DNA from: Deltaproteobacteria bacterium
Lineage (GTDB): Bacteria > Desulfobacterota > DSM-4660 > Desulfatiglandales > Desulfatiglandaceae
Reading direction: 5' to 3'
Assembly (NCBI GenBank): GCA_036733345.1
Contig: DAINAR010000003.1
Location: 8,052 to 72,051 of the forward strand
Length of the DNA stretch: 64,000 bases
Under the pieces are notes generated by a model. The model was not told the origin of the DNA, ran no database searches, and was given only the letters and a program-made list of their open reading frames with translations. This document shows, one piece after another, positions 18,752-27,645 of the stretch (position 1 is its first letter; every line of letters starts with the position of its first letter). The translations under genes and the position numbers were made by a program.

Positions 18752-21718
18752 CTAAGTCGCCACGATCACGCACTGTGATTTTCTGCCATCGATTTTAACA
18801 GTCAAAGGCTTTTTTAATCTTACATGCCTTAAATAGTCAGTCTCGTTTGAAGTTGGCAAAGACGTTAACCATTCCCAGTCTAAAAAATCCTCTGAATTTT
18901 CGGTAATGGTTATATATTGTATGCCTAATGAAGTTATATTTTGAAAAAAATGGGATCCCTGAGAAGGATCGGCCTTGAGTTTTTCGGTTCTTAGCTCAAC
19001 AATTGCCCCTACTCCTGAAATGTGTCTCCATTGAACAGGTATGCCAAGCCATCTGTCAGCAGAACCCCATCTCCCGGGGCCGATCAGGAGATATGGTCTT
19101 TTTTCAGCAAGCAGGATTGAATTTATCCTGCTTATTTCTTCAGCAATGATAACGGTTGATTCAGTTTTAAATGTATCGGGATTTACATATACAATATCCG
19201 AGATATTCTCATTCTTACCATTTCCAAGGGCCTGGCGGGATCGGCAGAAAGCCTTTTCAATATCGCGCGGAGTTATTTGTACATCAAATAATTCCTCATC
19301 AGCAACCATAGGTCTCATTTGAAGGAAATAGAAATTACTTTTATGTTGTTTGTTATTGCTGAGATTGACTGTAAATTCTATTTCAATTGGGCACCCCATG
19401 CCTTTTTGTCCGAGTTCAAGCAAGTCAGTAAGCAAATGAGGCAGCGGAAAGCTATTGTATTTCAAAACCTGTGCAAATGTTAAAATTTTAGGTCCAGGGA
19501 TATATCCCGTATCTCTGATGCGGTGTTCCTCAGACACATATGTGCTCGCAAGTGTTCTGACAGGGTGTTCATTTTCTGCTTCATCCAGATCTCTTCTTTC
19601 GAGATTTGAATATACTTCGAAATTAAGCTCGTCAGGATAGTTCTTTATTTTTAAGGCATAGAAAAAACGCTGTGCATTAGCCAGCATATCATCAACCGTT
19701 GAAAACTGCGGCATTAAATTAGGATATTTGGGCGAAAAGCGGAGCGTCTTTTCTCCTTCCACAACTATTTTGCCGAAACCAAGGGCAATATGTGCAATTC
19801 CCTCTTCAGATTTCATCGGGGAGATAGGATAGAAATTGTGGGATTGAGCTACACCCGAAATGGAGGGATAGAAGTATCTGCCGTATTCCTGTCCTGCCAA
19901 CTGCTGGATAATAACAGCCATGGCCTCATTTTGGGGCTGATTTGAAGTGCTTCTTGCAAACGCCTTGGGACCTTCATAATATGTAGAGGCATAGACCAGT
20001 TTGATGGCCGCAATAAGCTGCTGAAGCCTTCTGTATGGATCGGGATTATTATTGGGTACCATATATGTTTCATAAAGCCCTGCATAAGGCTGGAACTGCG
20101 CATCTTCAAGCAGGCTTGAGGATCGTACTGAAAGTGGTATTTTTACGCTGGACACAAAAGCTTCCAGATCTTTAATAAGCCATTCAGGCATGTTGGCTTT
20201 CAGGAAGGCAGCCGCCACTTCTTTGTCGGAAAAATCCTCTCTGGCAAATCGCTGAAGGCGGTTTTGTGTTACGAATGATTCAAAGCCATCGGTAGTAATA
20301 ACAAGAGTCTTTGGAATTATTATATTTGTTTCAGGATAATTGCTGTAGATTGCAGGAGTCTGCTGGAGCTGTGCAGACATGAAGGCCAGTCCCCTTGCTT
20401 TACCTCCGAGGGAGCCTTCTCCGATTTTAAGGAAATCCATGATGTATGGATCAAAAGTGGAGGAGTTGAATTTTGCAACTATTCCTTTTTGCCGCCACCT
20501 CCGAAGTTCACGTATATTTGATACAATATAGAACCTCATATCTTCAGGGCTTTTTAATTCTCCGGAACGCAAAATTCTAAATTTGGATGCAAGAGCAATC
20601 TCTGAACGCGCCATAATCCAGTTGGAAAACTGGTCTCTTTTTGCATGATATAGAAGGGATTCATCAGGTATCCCTGAAACCTTTTTTTCAAGGGATCGAA
20701 GGTCGGATGCACGGGCAATTTCAGAACCATCCGGCATCCGAAAAATGAAATCTCCGAACCCAAGATGGGTCAGAAAGAAATCATGAAGCTCAGTGAGTAA
20801 ATCCGGGGAATTCTTATCAAGAAAAACCGCCTGAATATTCTCTGCCTTATTCCTGTTTTTTGACTCAGCACTAAAGAGAAGAAGGGGCAGATAAGGCAAT
20901 TCATTCCTTATTTTTTTAAGGAGCTTAACCCCTCCAGTGTTATCAATTTTACCATTCTTTGGGATTCTGGTGTCGGATATGATGCCGATTAGAAAATCCC
21001 GAAATCTATCGTACAAATGTAGACCCTGTTCATAGGTTTCAGCCAGGAGAATCTTGGGTCTTGCGCGCATTTTTAGAAGACGGTGTTCTTCATTTAGGCC
21101 GACTTGCAGCACGGCCTGTGTCTGCTTGACGATTTCCCTGTAGATAAGAGGCAGAAAATATGAATAATAGACAGGTGAGTCCTCCACCAGAATCAATACG
21201 CGTACCTGAGCCTGTTTTGTGTCAGGTTCAACATTAAGATGGTCTTCAGCATTCTTGACAAGAGCAAGGAGCAGATCGGAGTTCCCGGACCATACAAAGA
21301 TTTTGTCAATTCCGCTGCAGTCTTTGTTTTCGGGAAGGGGATAGATTCCTCTGATGCTGTGGGTCAGGAGAAATACGGGTAATTCCGGCCTCATATTTTT
21401 TATTTCCAGGCCCAGAGAAAAACCATCCATATTATCCAGGTGAGGCATGGTAATAACCATGTCAAATTCTTTTTCGGCCAAAAGTTTCAGTGCATCATAG
21501 GCCGAAGACGTTCTTGTTACTCTGGGTGGCAGGCTCAGGTTTAATCCACTGTATTCGTTGACAATTCTGGATGCAAGGCTTCCATCTTCCTCCAGGATGA
21601 AGGCATCGTAGGGACTGGAGACAAGGAGTATTTCCCTCACCTTGATTTTCATGAGTTCATGAAATGTCTTGAAGTGAGAATAAAACTCACCGGGAAGACT
21701 GCTGTTTTCCATAACCAC
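18752..21718 (-). CDS. Receiver-like domains fused to a PEP/pyruvate-binding (PPDK_N, ATP-grasp) domain; function unknown
   Basis: N-terminal ILLVSSPYDAFILEEDG and a second CheY-like block (VRVLILVED...IISDTRIP). Central LGGKARGLAF and VRSSSLLEDAQFQPYAGLYETY typical of PPDK_N. C-terminal LLIGPGRWGSADRWLGIPV block. Confidence 0.7.
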   Translation of the reverse strand: MVMENSSLPGEFYSHFKTFHELMKIKVREILLVSSPYDAFILEEDGSLASRIVNEYSGLNLSLPPRVTRTSSAYDALKLLAEKEFDMVITMPHLDNMDGFSLGLEIKNMRPELPVFLLTHSIRGIYPLPENKDCSGIDKIFVWSGNSDLLLALVKNAEDHLNVEPDTKQAQVRVLILVEDSPVYYSYFLPLIYREIVKQTQAVLQVGLNEEHRLLKMRARPKILLAETYEQGLHLYDRFRDFLIGIISDTRIPKNGKIDNTGGVKLLKKIRNELPYLPLLLFSAESKNRNKAENIQAVFLDKNSPDLLTELHDFFLTHLGFGDFIFRMPDGSEIARASDLRSLEKKVSGIPDESLLYHAKRDQFSNWIMARSEIALASKFRILRSGELKSPEDMRFYIVSNIRELRRWRQKGIVAKFNSSTFDPYIMDFLKIGEGSLGGKARGLAFMSAQLQQTPAIYSNYPETNIIIPKTLVITTDGFESFVTQNRLQRFAREDFSDKEVAAAFLKANMPEWLIKDLEAFVSSVKIPLSVRSSSLLEDAQFQPYAGLYETYMVPNNNPDPYRRLQQLIAAIKLVYASTYYEGPKAFARSTSNQPQNEAMAVIIQQLAGQEYGRYFYPSISGVAQSHNFYPISPMKSEEGIAHIALGFGKIVVEGEKTLRFSPKYPNLMPQFSTVDDMLANAQRFFYALKIKNYPDELNFEVYSNLERRDLDEAENEHPVRTLASTYVSEEHRIRDTGYIPGPKILTFAQVLKYNSFPLPHLLTDLLELGQKGMGCPIEIEFTVNLSNNKQHKSNFYFLQMRPMVADEELFDVQITPRDIEKAFCRSRQALGNGKNENISDIVYVNPDTFKTESTVIIAEEISRINSILLAEKRPYLLIGPGRWGSADRWLGIPVQWRHISGVGAIVELRTEKLKADPSQGSHFFQNITSLGIQYITITENSEDFLDWEWLTSLPTSNETDYLRHVRLKKPLTVKIDGRKSQCVIVAT

Positions 21719-21853
21719 CGCTTTTGATATCCCTGGTTCATCAACAAGGCATCATTTATCGACAGAAAATCTCTGCTCTAAAACTGCAGGTCTGACTTTT
21801 TCTGGCGCCTTAATTGCTGATGAATCAGGGAATACGTTTTCAGGTTTATATTT

Positions 21854-23437
21854 TTATGAATCAATTATATTAAGTGCTTCTTCCCTGTAGGCATCCATAA
21901 CATAGGGAATCCCTGTTATTTTTGCACATTCTTCGGTAAGGGAAAAGATGTCCTGCCTGCTGATATATTTTATTTCCCAGTTTCTTGATCCGGCCATTAT
22001 CTGCTGGAGACCCACCTTTATCTTGTCTGTTGCGCTGAAGATTCCTATAGCGCCTAATGGAAGATCATCCGCTTCAGATCCGTATTTTTCCTTAAGAACT
22101 TCATAGTTCATAAAGATTTCAGCCTTTGTAGATCCGAATCTTGAGACTGTTGCAGGAAGTCCGCCATTTTCTCCTCTCAACCATTTTTCAGTGTTTTTGC
22201 CAACCATGCCGGGGATCATCAATGCACGGCCCATGCATACGGCTTTGCAGTAAGGTGCGCCAAGGGCCAATGCCTTAAATACATGGTCTTCAGAGGAAAA
22301 TCCTCCTGCAAAAGCTATATCAGGCACAAATTTGCCTCTTTTTGCTAAACGTTCACATAACTCATAAGTCATTGAATGCAAATAGATGGAAGGAATGCCC
22401 CATTCGTTCATCATTCGCCAGGGGCTCATTCCTGTGCCGCCGGGAGCTCCATCTACGGTTAAAAGGTCTATGCCTGCATCACTTGACCAGCGTATGGCCA
22501 TGGCCAGCTCCCTCATCGGGTAAGCGCCCGTTTTGAGAGTTACTCTCTTTGCCCCCAGCTTTCGAATCCTTTCAACTTCATTCATAAAGCCTTCCTGGTC
22601 AACGAATCCGAGGCGGGAGTGACGTTCAAAATGCTTAAGAGGGCCGGCCTTGAAAGATGCCTGAAATGCCGGGTCTTCAGGGTCGGGAGTCACGATGTAG
22701 CCGCGTCTTTTGAGTTCAATCGCCCTTTCAATAGAATCAACCTTGATTTCTCCTCCAATACACTTTGCACCCTGACCCCATTTTAGTTCGATAGTCTCAA
22801 CCCCTAATTTTTCTATTACGTATTCAGCAACACCGTTTCGTGTATCCTCAACATTCATTTGAACAAGTATATCCCCGTAACCTTCATGATAGCGACGATA
22901 TTCTTTTACACGACGGTCCATTTCAGGTGATTTTTTTATTAATCCATTGCTGTTATATTCCAGTTCAGGATCTATTCCACAGACATTTTCACCACAAACC
23001 AGGCTGATACCGCTTATTGCCGCTCCTATTGCAAAATGGCTCCAGTTTTTTCGTGCAATATCAGTGCTGCCGAGTGCGCCGGTAAATATTGGCACCTTCA
23101 TCCTGACTTTTTCATTAACGCCATAGGATGTTTCTGTGCTGACGTTTGGAAAAGTTGCTTTATCCGGGTCTGCTTCCACCCCTTTTGCTCCCATGGCATA
23201 ACCCATTATATTCAAATGAGAATAATCTACCGGATAATCTTTATCAGCTCCGGCAGTAACGCTTCCAAAGGGCTCTGGATAAAGCAGTTCCCTGCCACGG
23301 AATGTGGCTCTGAACATGTCACAGTTTCCCTTGCATCCGTCAACACACCTGCTGCATATTCCAGATTGAGGTGCTATATCGCGTGAACGATTTTTGGTTT
23401 CAAGTGCTTCATTGGCGTTTGGTCTTTGTAAGTTCAT
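21854..23437 (-). CDS. Glutamate synthase-related FMN-binding protein (stand-alone GltB domain-2-like) with N-terminal Cys cluster
   Basis: KWGQGAKCIGGEIK and DGAPGGTGMSP match GltB FMN-domain motifs. CSRCVDGCKGNC near the N-terminus. I place the start at ATG 23437 (AGGAGG 5 nt upstream) rather than the track start at 23485. Confidence 0.8.
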   Translation of the reverse strand: MNLQRPNANEALETKNRSRDIAPQSGICSRCVDGCKGNCDMFRATFRGRELLYPEPFGSVTAGADKDYPVDYSHLNIMGYAMGAKGVEADPDKATFPNVSTETSYGVNEKVRMKVPIFTGALGSTDIARKNWSHFAIGAAISGISLVCGENVCGIDPELEYNSNGLIKKSPEMDRRVKEYRRYHEGYGDILVQMNVEDTRNGVAEYVIEKLGVETIELKWGQGAKCIGGEIKVDSIERAIELKRRGYIVTPDPEDPAFQASFKAGPLKHFERHSRLGFVDQEGFMNEVERIRKLGAKRVTLKTGAYPMRELAMAIRWSSDAGIDLLTVDGAPGGTGMSPWRMMNEWGIPSIYLHSMTYELCERLAKRGKFVPDIAFAGGFSSEDHVFKALALGAPYCKAVCMGRALMIPGMVGKNTEKWLRGENGGLPATVSRFGSTKAEIFMNYEVLKEKYGSEADDLPLGAIGIFSATDKIKVGLQQIMAGSRNWEIKYISRQDIFSLTEECAKITGIPYVMDAYREEALNIIDS

Positions 23438-23473
23438 AATTCCTCCTGATTGATAAAAAACTGTTATTAAATG

Positions 23474-23489
23474 TCCAAATTGCATGCCT
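23474..23489 (-). promoter_or_regulatory. Sigma-54-like element with non-canonical -12 (AGGCAT-N5-TTGGA)
   Basis: Minus strand reads AGGCATGCAATTTGGA. GG and the -12 G have canonical spacing, but the -12 GC is GG. Lies about 40 nt upstream of the GltB-like ATG. Confidence 0.25.
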
Positions 23490-23556
23490 CATTTTGTCTC
23501 ACTAAGATTAACAGCGAGCAACAGATTAAAGGACATGAGATGAGGAAAAACGCCGT

Positions 23557-23601
23557 AAAATAAAAAAGGGCACCAATCCCCATCAGGAAAAAGACACCCT
23601 T
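23557..23601 (-). terminator. Intrinsic terminator-like hairpin in the ANTAR / GltB-like intergenic leader
   Basis: Minus-strand RNA: AAGGGUGUCUUUUUCC-UGAU-GGGGAUUGGUGCCCUU (16 positions, 2x2 internal loop, several G-U pairs) followed by UUUUUUAUUUU. Confidence 0.6.
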
Positions 23602-23638
23602 GTCTATTCACATATATAAGACCGCACGCCATTGTGCG
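23592..23638 (-). promoter_or_regulatory. Candidate ANTAR-binding dual hairpin (two hexaloops, A1/G4)
   Basis: P1 is CGCAC-AAUGGC-GUGCG (23638-23623). P2 is AGAC-AAGGGU-GUCU (23605-23592). P2 overlaps the 5' arm of the terminator. Confidence 0.45.
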
Positions 23639-23656
23639 CTTTTTCAGTAAAAAATC

Positions 23657-23685
23657 AGAATAAATAAGGAATAATTGCTTGTCAA
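23657..23685 (-). promoter_or_regulatory. Possible sigma-70 promoter (TTGACA-N17-TATTCT)
   Basis: Perfect -35 TTGACA (23685-23680), 17-nt spacer, then TATTCT (23662-23657). Lies about 40 nt downstream of the ANTAR gene stop. Confidence 0.4.
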
Positions 23686-23726
23686 GAAAAAAAGAATTCG
23701 GAAAGGCAGAAATAGGGTTTGGAGAA

Positions 23727-24470
23727 TTATTTTATGGCGTGAGGTATGCTGGAGTAATACCCCAGTTCTTCAGAAAGAAGTATCGCTTCGGCAACGTCGC
23801 GCATGGATTTTCTGGAATCCATGCTTCTTTTCTGGAGCCACCGGTAAGCCTCGTCAGCCTTCATATTTCTTTGGTGCATAAGGATCTCTTTAGCCCGCTC
23901 AACTACCTTTCGGGTCTCCAGCTCTTCCTGGATAACTTTTGTTTTAACCATGAGTTCCGTATTGAGTATTGCAATTGCCGCCTGGTTAGCAACAGCTGTT
24001 ATCAAGTTGACTTCTGTTTCAGAAAAATCATGAGGAACGGCTGTGAAACAGTTTAATACTCCGATTACTTTTTCATCCTTTACCTGAAGAGGAACACTTA
24101 CCATTGATACGAGGCCCAGTTTCCGGGCCATTTCCTTCTCTTTGAACAGTGCCTCTTTCAGAACTTCCTTAACGATAAGCGGCTTGTTATTGGAGGCCAC
24201 AAATCCGACTATTCCTTCATTCATATTCAAGGAACGGTCTTTAACATAGGCCTGGTCAATTGCCTGGGTAGCTTTAAGCCTGATTACGGGAGGCTTTTGA
24301 CTTTCATCTACAAGCCACAGGGAACAGATTTCAACACCTGTTACTTTGGCAGTCACCATTACAATAAGCTTCAGGATATCTTCCAGATAAAGGTCAGAAG
24401 TGATAGCGCGGCCTATATCGGTTATAGCCTTAATATACTTATCATAGGTTTCGGGAATAGCTTTTTCCAT
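23727..24470 (-). CDS. GAF domain / ANTAR domain RNA-binding antiterminator-type regulator
   Basis: C-terminal LETRKVVERAKEILMHQRNMKADEAYRWLQKRSMDSRKSMRDVAEAIL is a clear ANTAR motif, and the N-terminal part is GAF-like. The start is ambiguous: the track gives 24536, and I prefer ATG 24470 (MEKAIPE...). Confidence 0.8.
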   Translation of the reverse strand: MEKAIPETYDKYIKAITDIGRAITSDLYLEDILKLIVMVTAKVTGVEICSLWLVDESQKPPVIRLKATQAIDQAYVKDRSLNMNEGIVGFVASNNKPLIVKEVLKEALFKEKEMARKLGLVSMVSVPLQVKDEKVIGVLNCFTAVPHDFSETEVNLITAVANQAAIAILNTELMVKTKVIQEELETRKVVERAKEILMHQRNMKADEAYRWLQKRSMDSRKSMRDVAEAILLSEELGYYSSIPHAIK

Positions 24471-24603
24471 AAAAGAGGCAACCTCAGATTCTTTTGTAAT
24501 AATATAAAGAATAATAAAAAATATTCTGGTGCACATAAGTCAAAGGTGCATAGGTAAAAAGTAAGAATTAGGATATATTTATGGGCTTTATCTGTTAAGC
24601 CGA

Positions 24604-24636
24604 GAAAAAGAAAAAATCCTGGACAGTCTATCAGGA
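24604..24636 (-). terminator. Orphan intrinsic terminator-like hairpin in a 600-bp spacer
   Basis: Minus strand reads UCCUG-(10 nt)-CAGGA followed by UUUUUUCUUUUUC. Lies about 135 nt upstream of the ANTAR gene ATG and 500 nt downstream of the Fe-ADH stop. Confidence 0.4.
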
Positions 24637-25001
24637 AATTTAACAGAAAACAGATTCTGTGGCTTTGTGTTTTTGTACCCTTGACCCTGTAACTATGGAT
24701 AATAAAGAATAATATTGATTTAAGCGTTTAAAAGCAATAAAAATAATAATTGTTTTAAGAGAGCCCAATCAGAACAGGTGAAGAAGAAAATCAGATGAGG
24801 ACTGCAAGAATTGGAATGGCACAGATCAATACTGCTACTCCGTACTGTGGAAGATCTAAAAGGAAATACAAAAAAGATATTGTGCTTCCGGATTCCGGGT
24901 AAAGAGACTGTGTCATAATTCATTTTTTTGTCCCAGCCAGAGGCTGGTAAAATTTCGATGCGAAGCGAGAAATCTTTGTTTCAGTAATTTTATAGCGTTA
25001 A

Positions 25002-25092
25002 GATTCCTCATCACGCCATAGCGTGATTCGGAATGACATTTTTTATAATTTCGAAACATTCTGCAAGCCCGTAAGGCTTTTTACAATTTCAT
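25002..25092. repeat. Remnant related to family B / GGAATGA hairpin module
   Basis: GATTCCTCATCACGCcatAGCGTGATTCGGAATGAC plus GGCTTTTTACAATTTCATCAA, resembling CGACTTTTTACGAGTTCATCAA of the other copies. Confidence 0.4.
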
Positions 25093-25135
25093 CAATGTTA
25101 GATTGTGAATTTGATCCTGCTGAAACTTGGGCTGT

Positions 25136-26224
<1,089 letters not shown>

Positions 26225-26277
26225 TTATTTCTTTAAACATAATAGAGTCACGAATGGGGGTGGTTTCATGAATAACT

Positions 26278-27465
26278 TCAACCCGCCAATATAGATAACA
26301 TTTTTTCAATACGCTCATGGATTGCTTCGTCTGTCCATGAAAGTTTTATCTGCATTGAAATAGCTCTGCTTATAATACCATCTGACTGTGGAAGCGATAT
26401 ATTTACATAGTCCGGCAATTCTTTAAGCAGGCTGACAGAAATCTTAGAAGCGGATTTTAGATTCCTGATATGATCCCATTTTTTTATATAATGCCAGTTA
26501 TTGTCATACCAATAAAAGCATGAGTCAACACCTGCATTTGTTAGAGAACCGGCAACCTCTCTGGCCCTTTTTTCATCGGGTAAAAGGAATGAAAGGAAAG
26601 TTGCAGAGTCTCCTCCTTCATCGGGAATTGTTCGGAAGGTGATTTCCGGTGATTTTTCAAGGGCCCTTTTAATGATTGATTTGTTTTTACGCTGTTTTGT
26701 TAAAATAAAATCAAGCTTTCTCAGCTGAGCCAGACCCACTGCCGCATTTAACTCGCTGATTCTGAAATTTGAACCGATAATGGCATGGCCCTCAAGACCC
26801 CTGTCATTACCCACATGATCATGCCCATGATCGGCATAGGCATCGGCTGTTTTATAAAGTTCCTGTGACTTGGTTACTATCGCACCGCCCTCTCCACAGG
26901 TGATAGTTTTTACTGGATCAAAAGAAAAACAACCCATCTGGCCGAAGGTACCTAAAAATTTACCTTCGAATGTGGCACCGATTGCCTGGCATGCATCTTC
27001 TATAAGAACAAGCCCCCTTTTTTCACAAAGGTCACGTATCTCTTTTATGCGAGCCATTGCTCCGCACATATGAACAGGCAATACGGCCTTTGTCCGGGGA
27101 GTAATTGCTGTCTCAATACCTTGAGGGTCAAGGCACAATGTTTCATCGATTTCGGCAAATACAGGTATTGCGCCGGTATGTAAGACGGCTTCGACCGTTG
27201 CTACAAAAGTAAAGGGAGGAACAATAACCTCATCTCCGGCTCCAATCCCGCATGAAGCAAGGGCAGTATAAAGGGCAGTGGTACCGCTGGAACAAAGGTG
27301 GCAGTATCCTGCTCCGATACGCTCAGCTAATTCTTTTTCAAAGGTTTTCGCCTTCCAGTTTCCCTTTCGTACCTGATCAAAACCATAGCGGAACAGGACT
27401 CCTGTATCAAGGACATCTTGAACTTCCTTTCTTTCCTCCTCACCAAATATTTCAAAGCCTGGCAT
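26278..27465 (-). CDS. DegT/DnrJ/EryC1/StrS-family PLP-dependent aminotransferase
   Basis: Family-typical FSFDPVKTITCGEGGAIVT (Lys for PLP) and HGHDH region. SD AGGAGG. Confidence 0.82.
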   Translation of the reverse strand: MPGFEIFGEEERKEVQDVLDTGVLFRYGFDQVRKGNWKAKTFEKELAERIGAGYCHLCSSGTTALYTALASCGIGAGDEVIVPPFTFVATVEAVLHTGAIPVFAEIDETLCLDPQGIETAITPRTKAVLPVHMCGAMARIKEIRDLCEKRGLVLIEDACQAIGATFEGKFLGTFGQMGCFSFDPVKTITCGEGGAIVTKSQELYKTADAYADHGHDHVGNDRGLEGHAIIGSNFRISELNAAVGLAQLRKLDFILTKQRKNKSIIKRALEKSPEITFRTIPDEGGDSATFLSFLLPDEKRAREVAGSLTNAGVDSCFYWYDNNWHYIKKWDHIRNLKSASKISVSLLKELPDYVNISLPQSDGIISRAISMQIKLSWTDEAIHERIEKMLSILAG

Positions 27466-27645
27466 ATGTAAATTCCTCCTGAAAATATTAGTTCTTTATA
27501 AAGGGCATTTTTGTAAGATTATTCTTCTATCAGTTATGCTTTATTTATAGGGAAGCTGAACTGACCTCATTTTGTAGTGAATAATAGAAAAAAACTTATA
27601 ATAAATCATCTTTAAAAAATACATATGGAACATAAGGATTGATAC

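Noticed and set aside
24817-24822. TGGCAC hexamer on the plus strand in the 24.5-25.1 kb spacer.
   Set aside because: No TTGC at the correct distance (AATAC instead), and no plus-strand gene downstream.
24720-24923. 67-aa ORF in the spacer, and the 60-aa ORF at 29296-29478.
   Set aside because: No SD, low-complexity translation, and located in regulatory spacers. The second overlaps the glnA promoter region.
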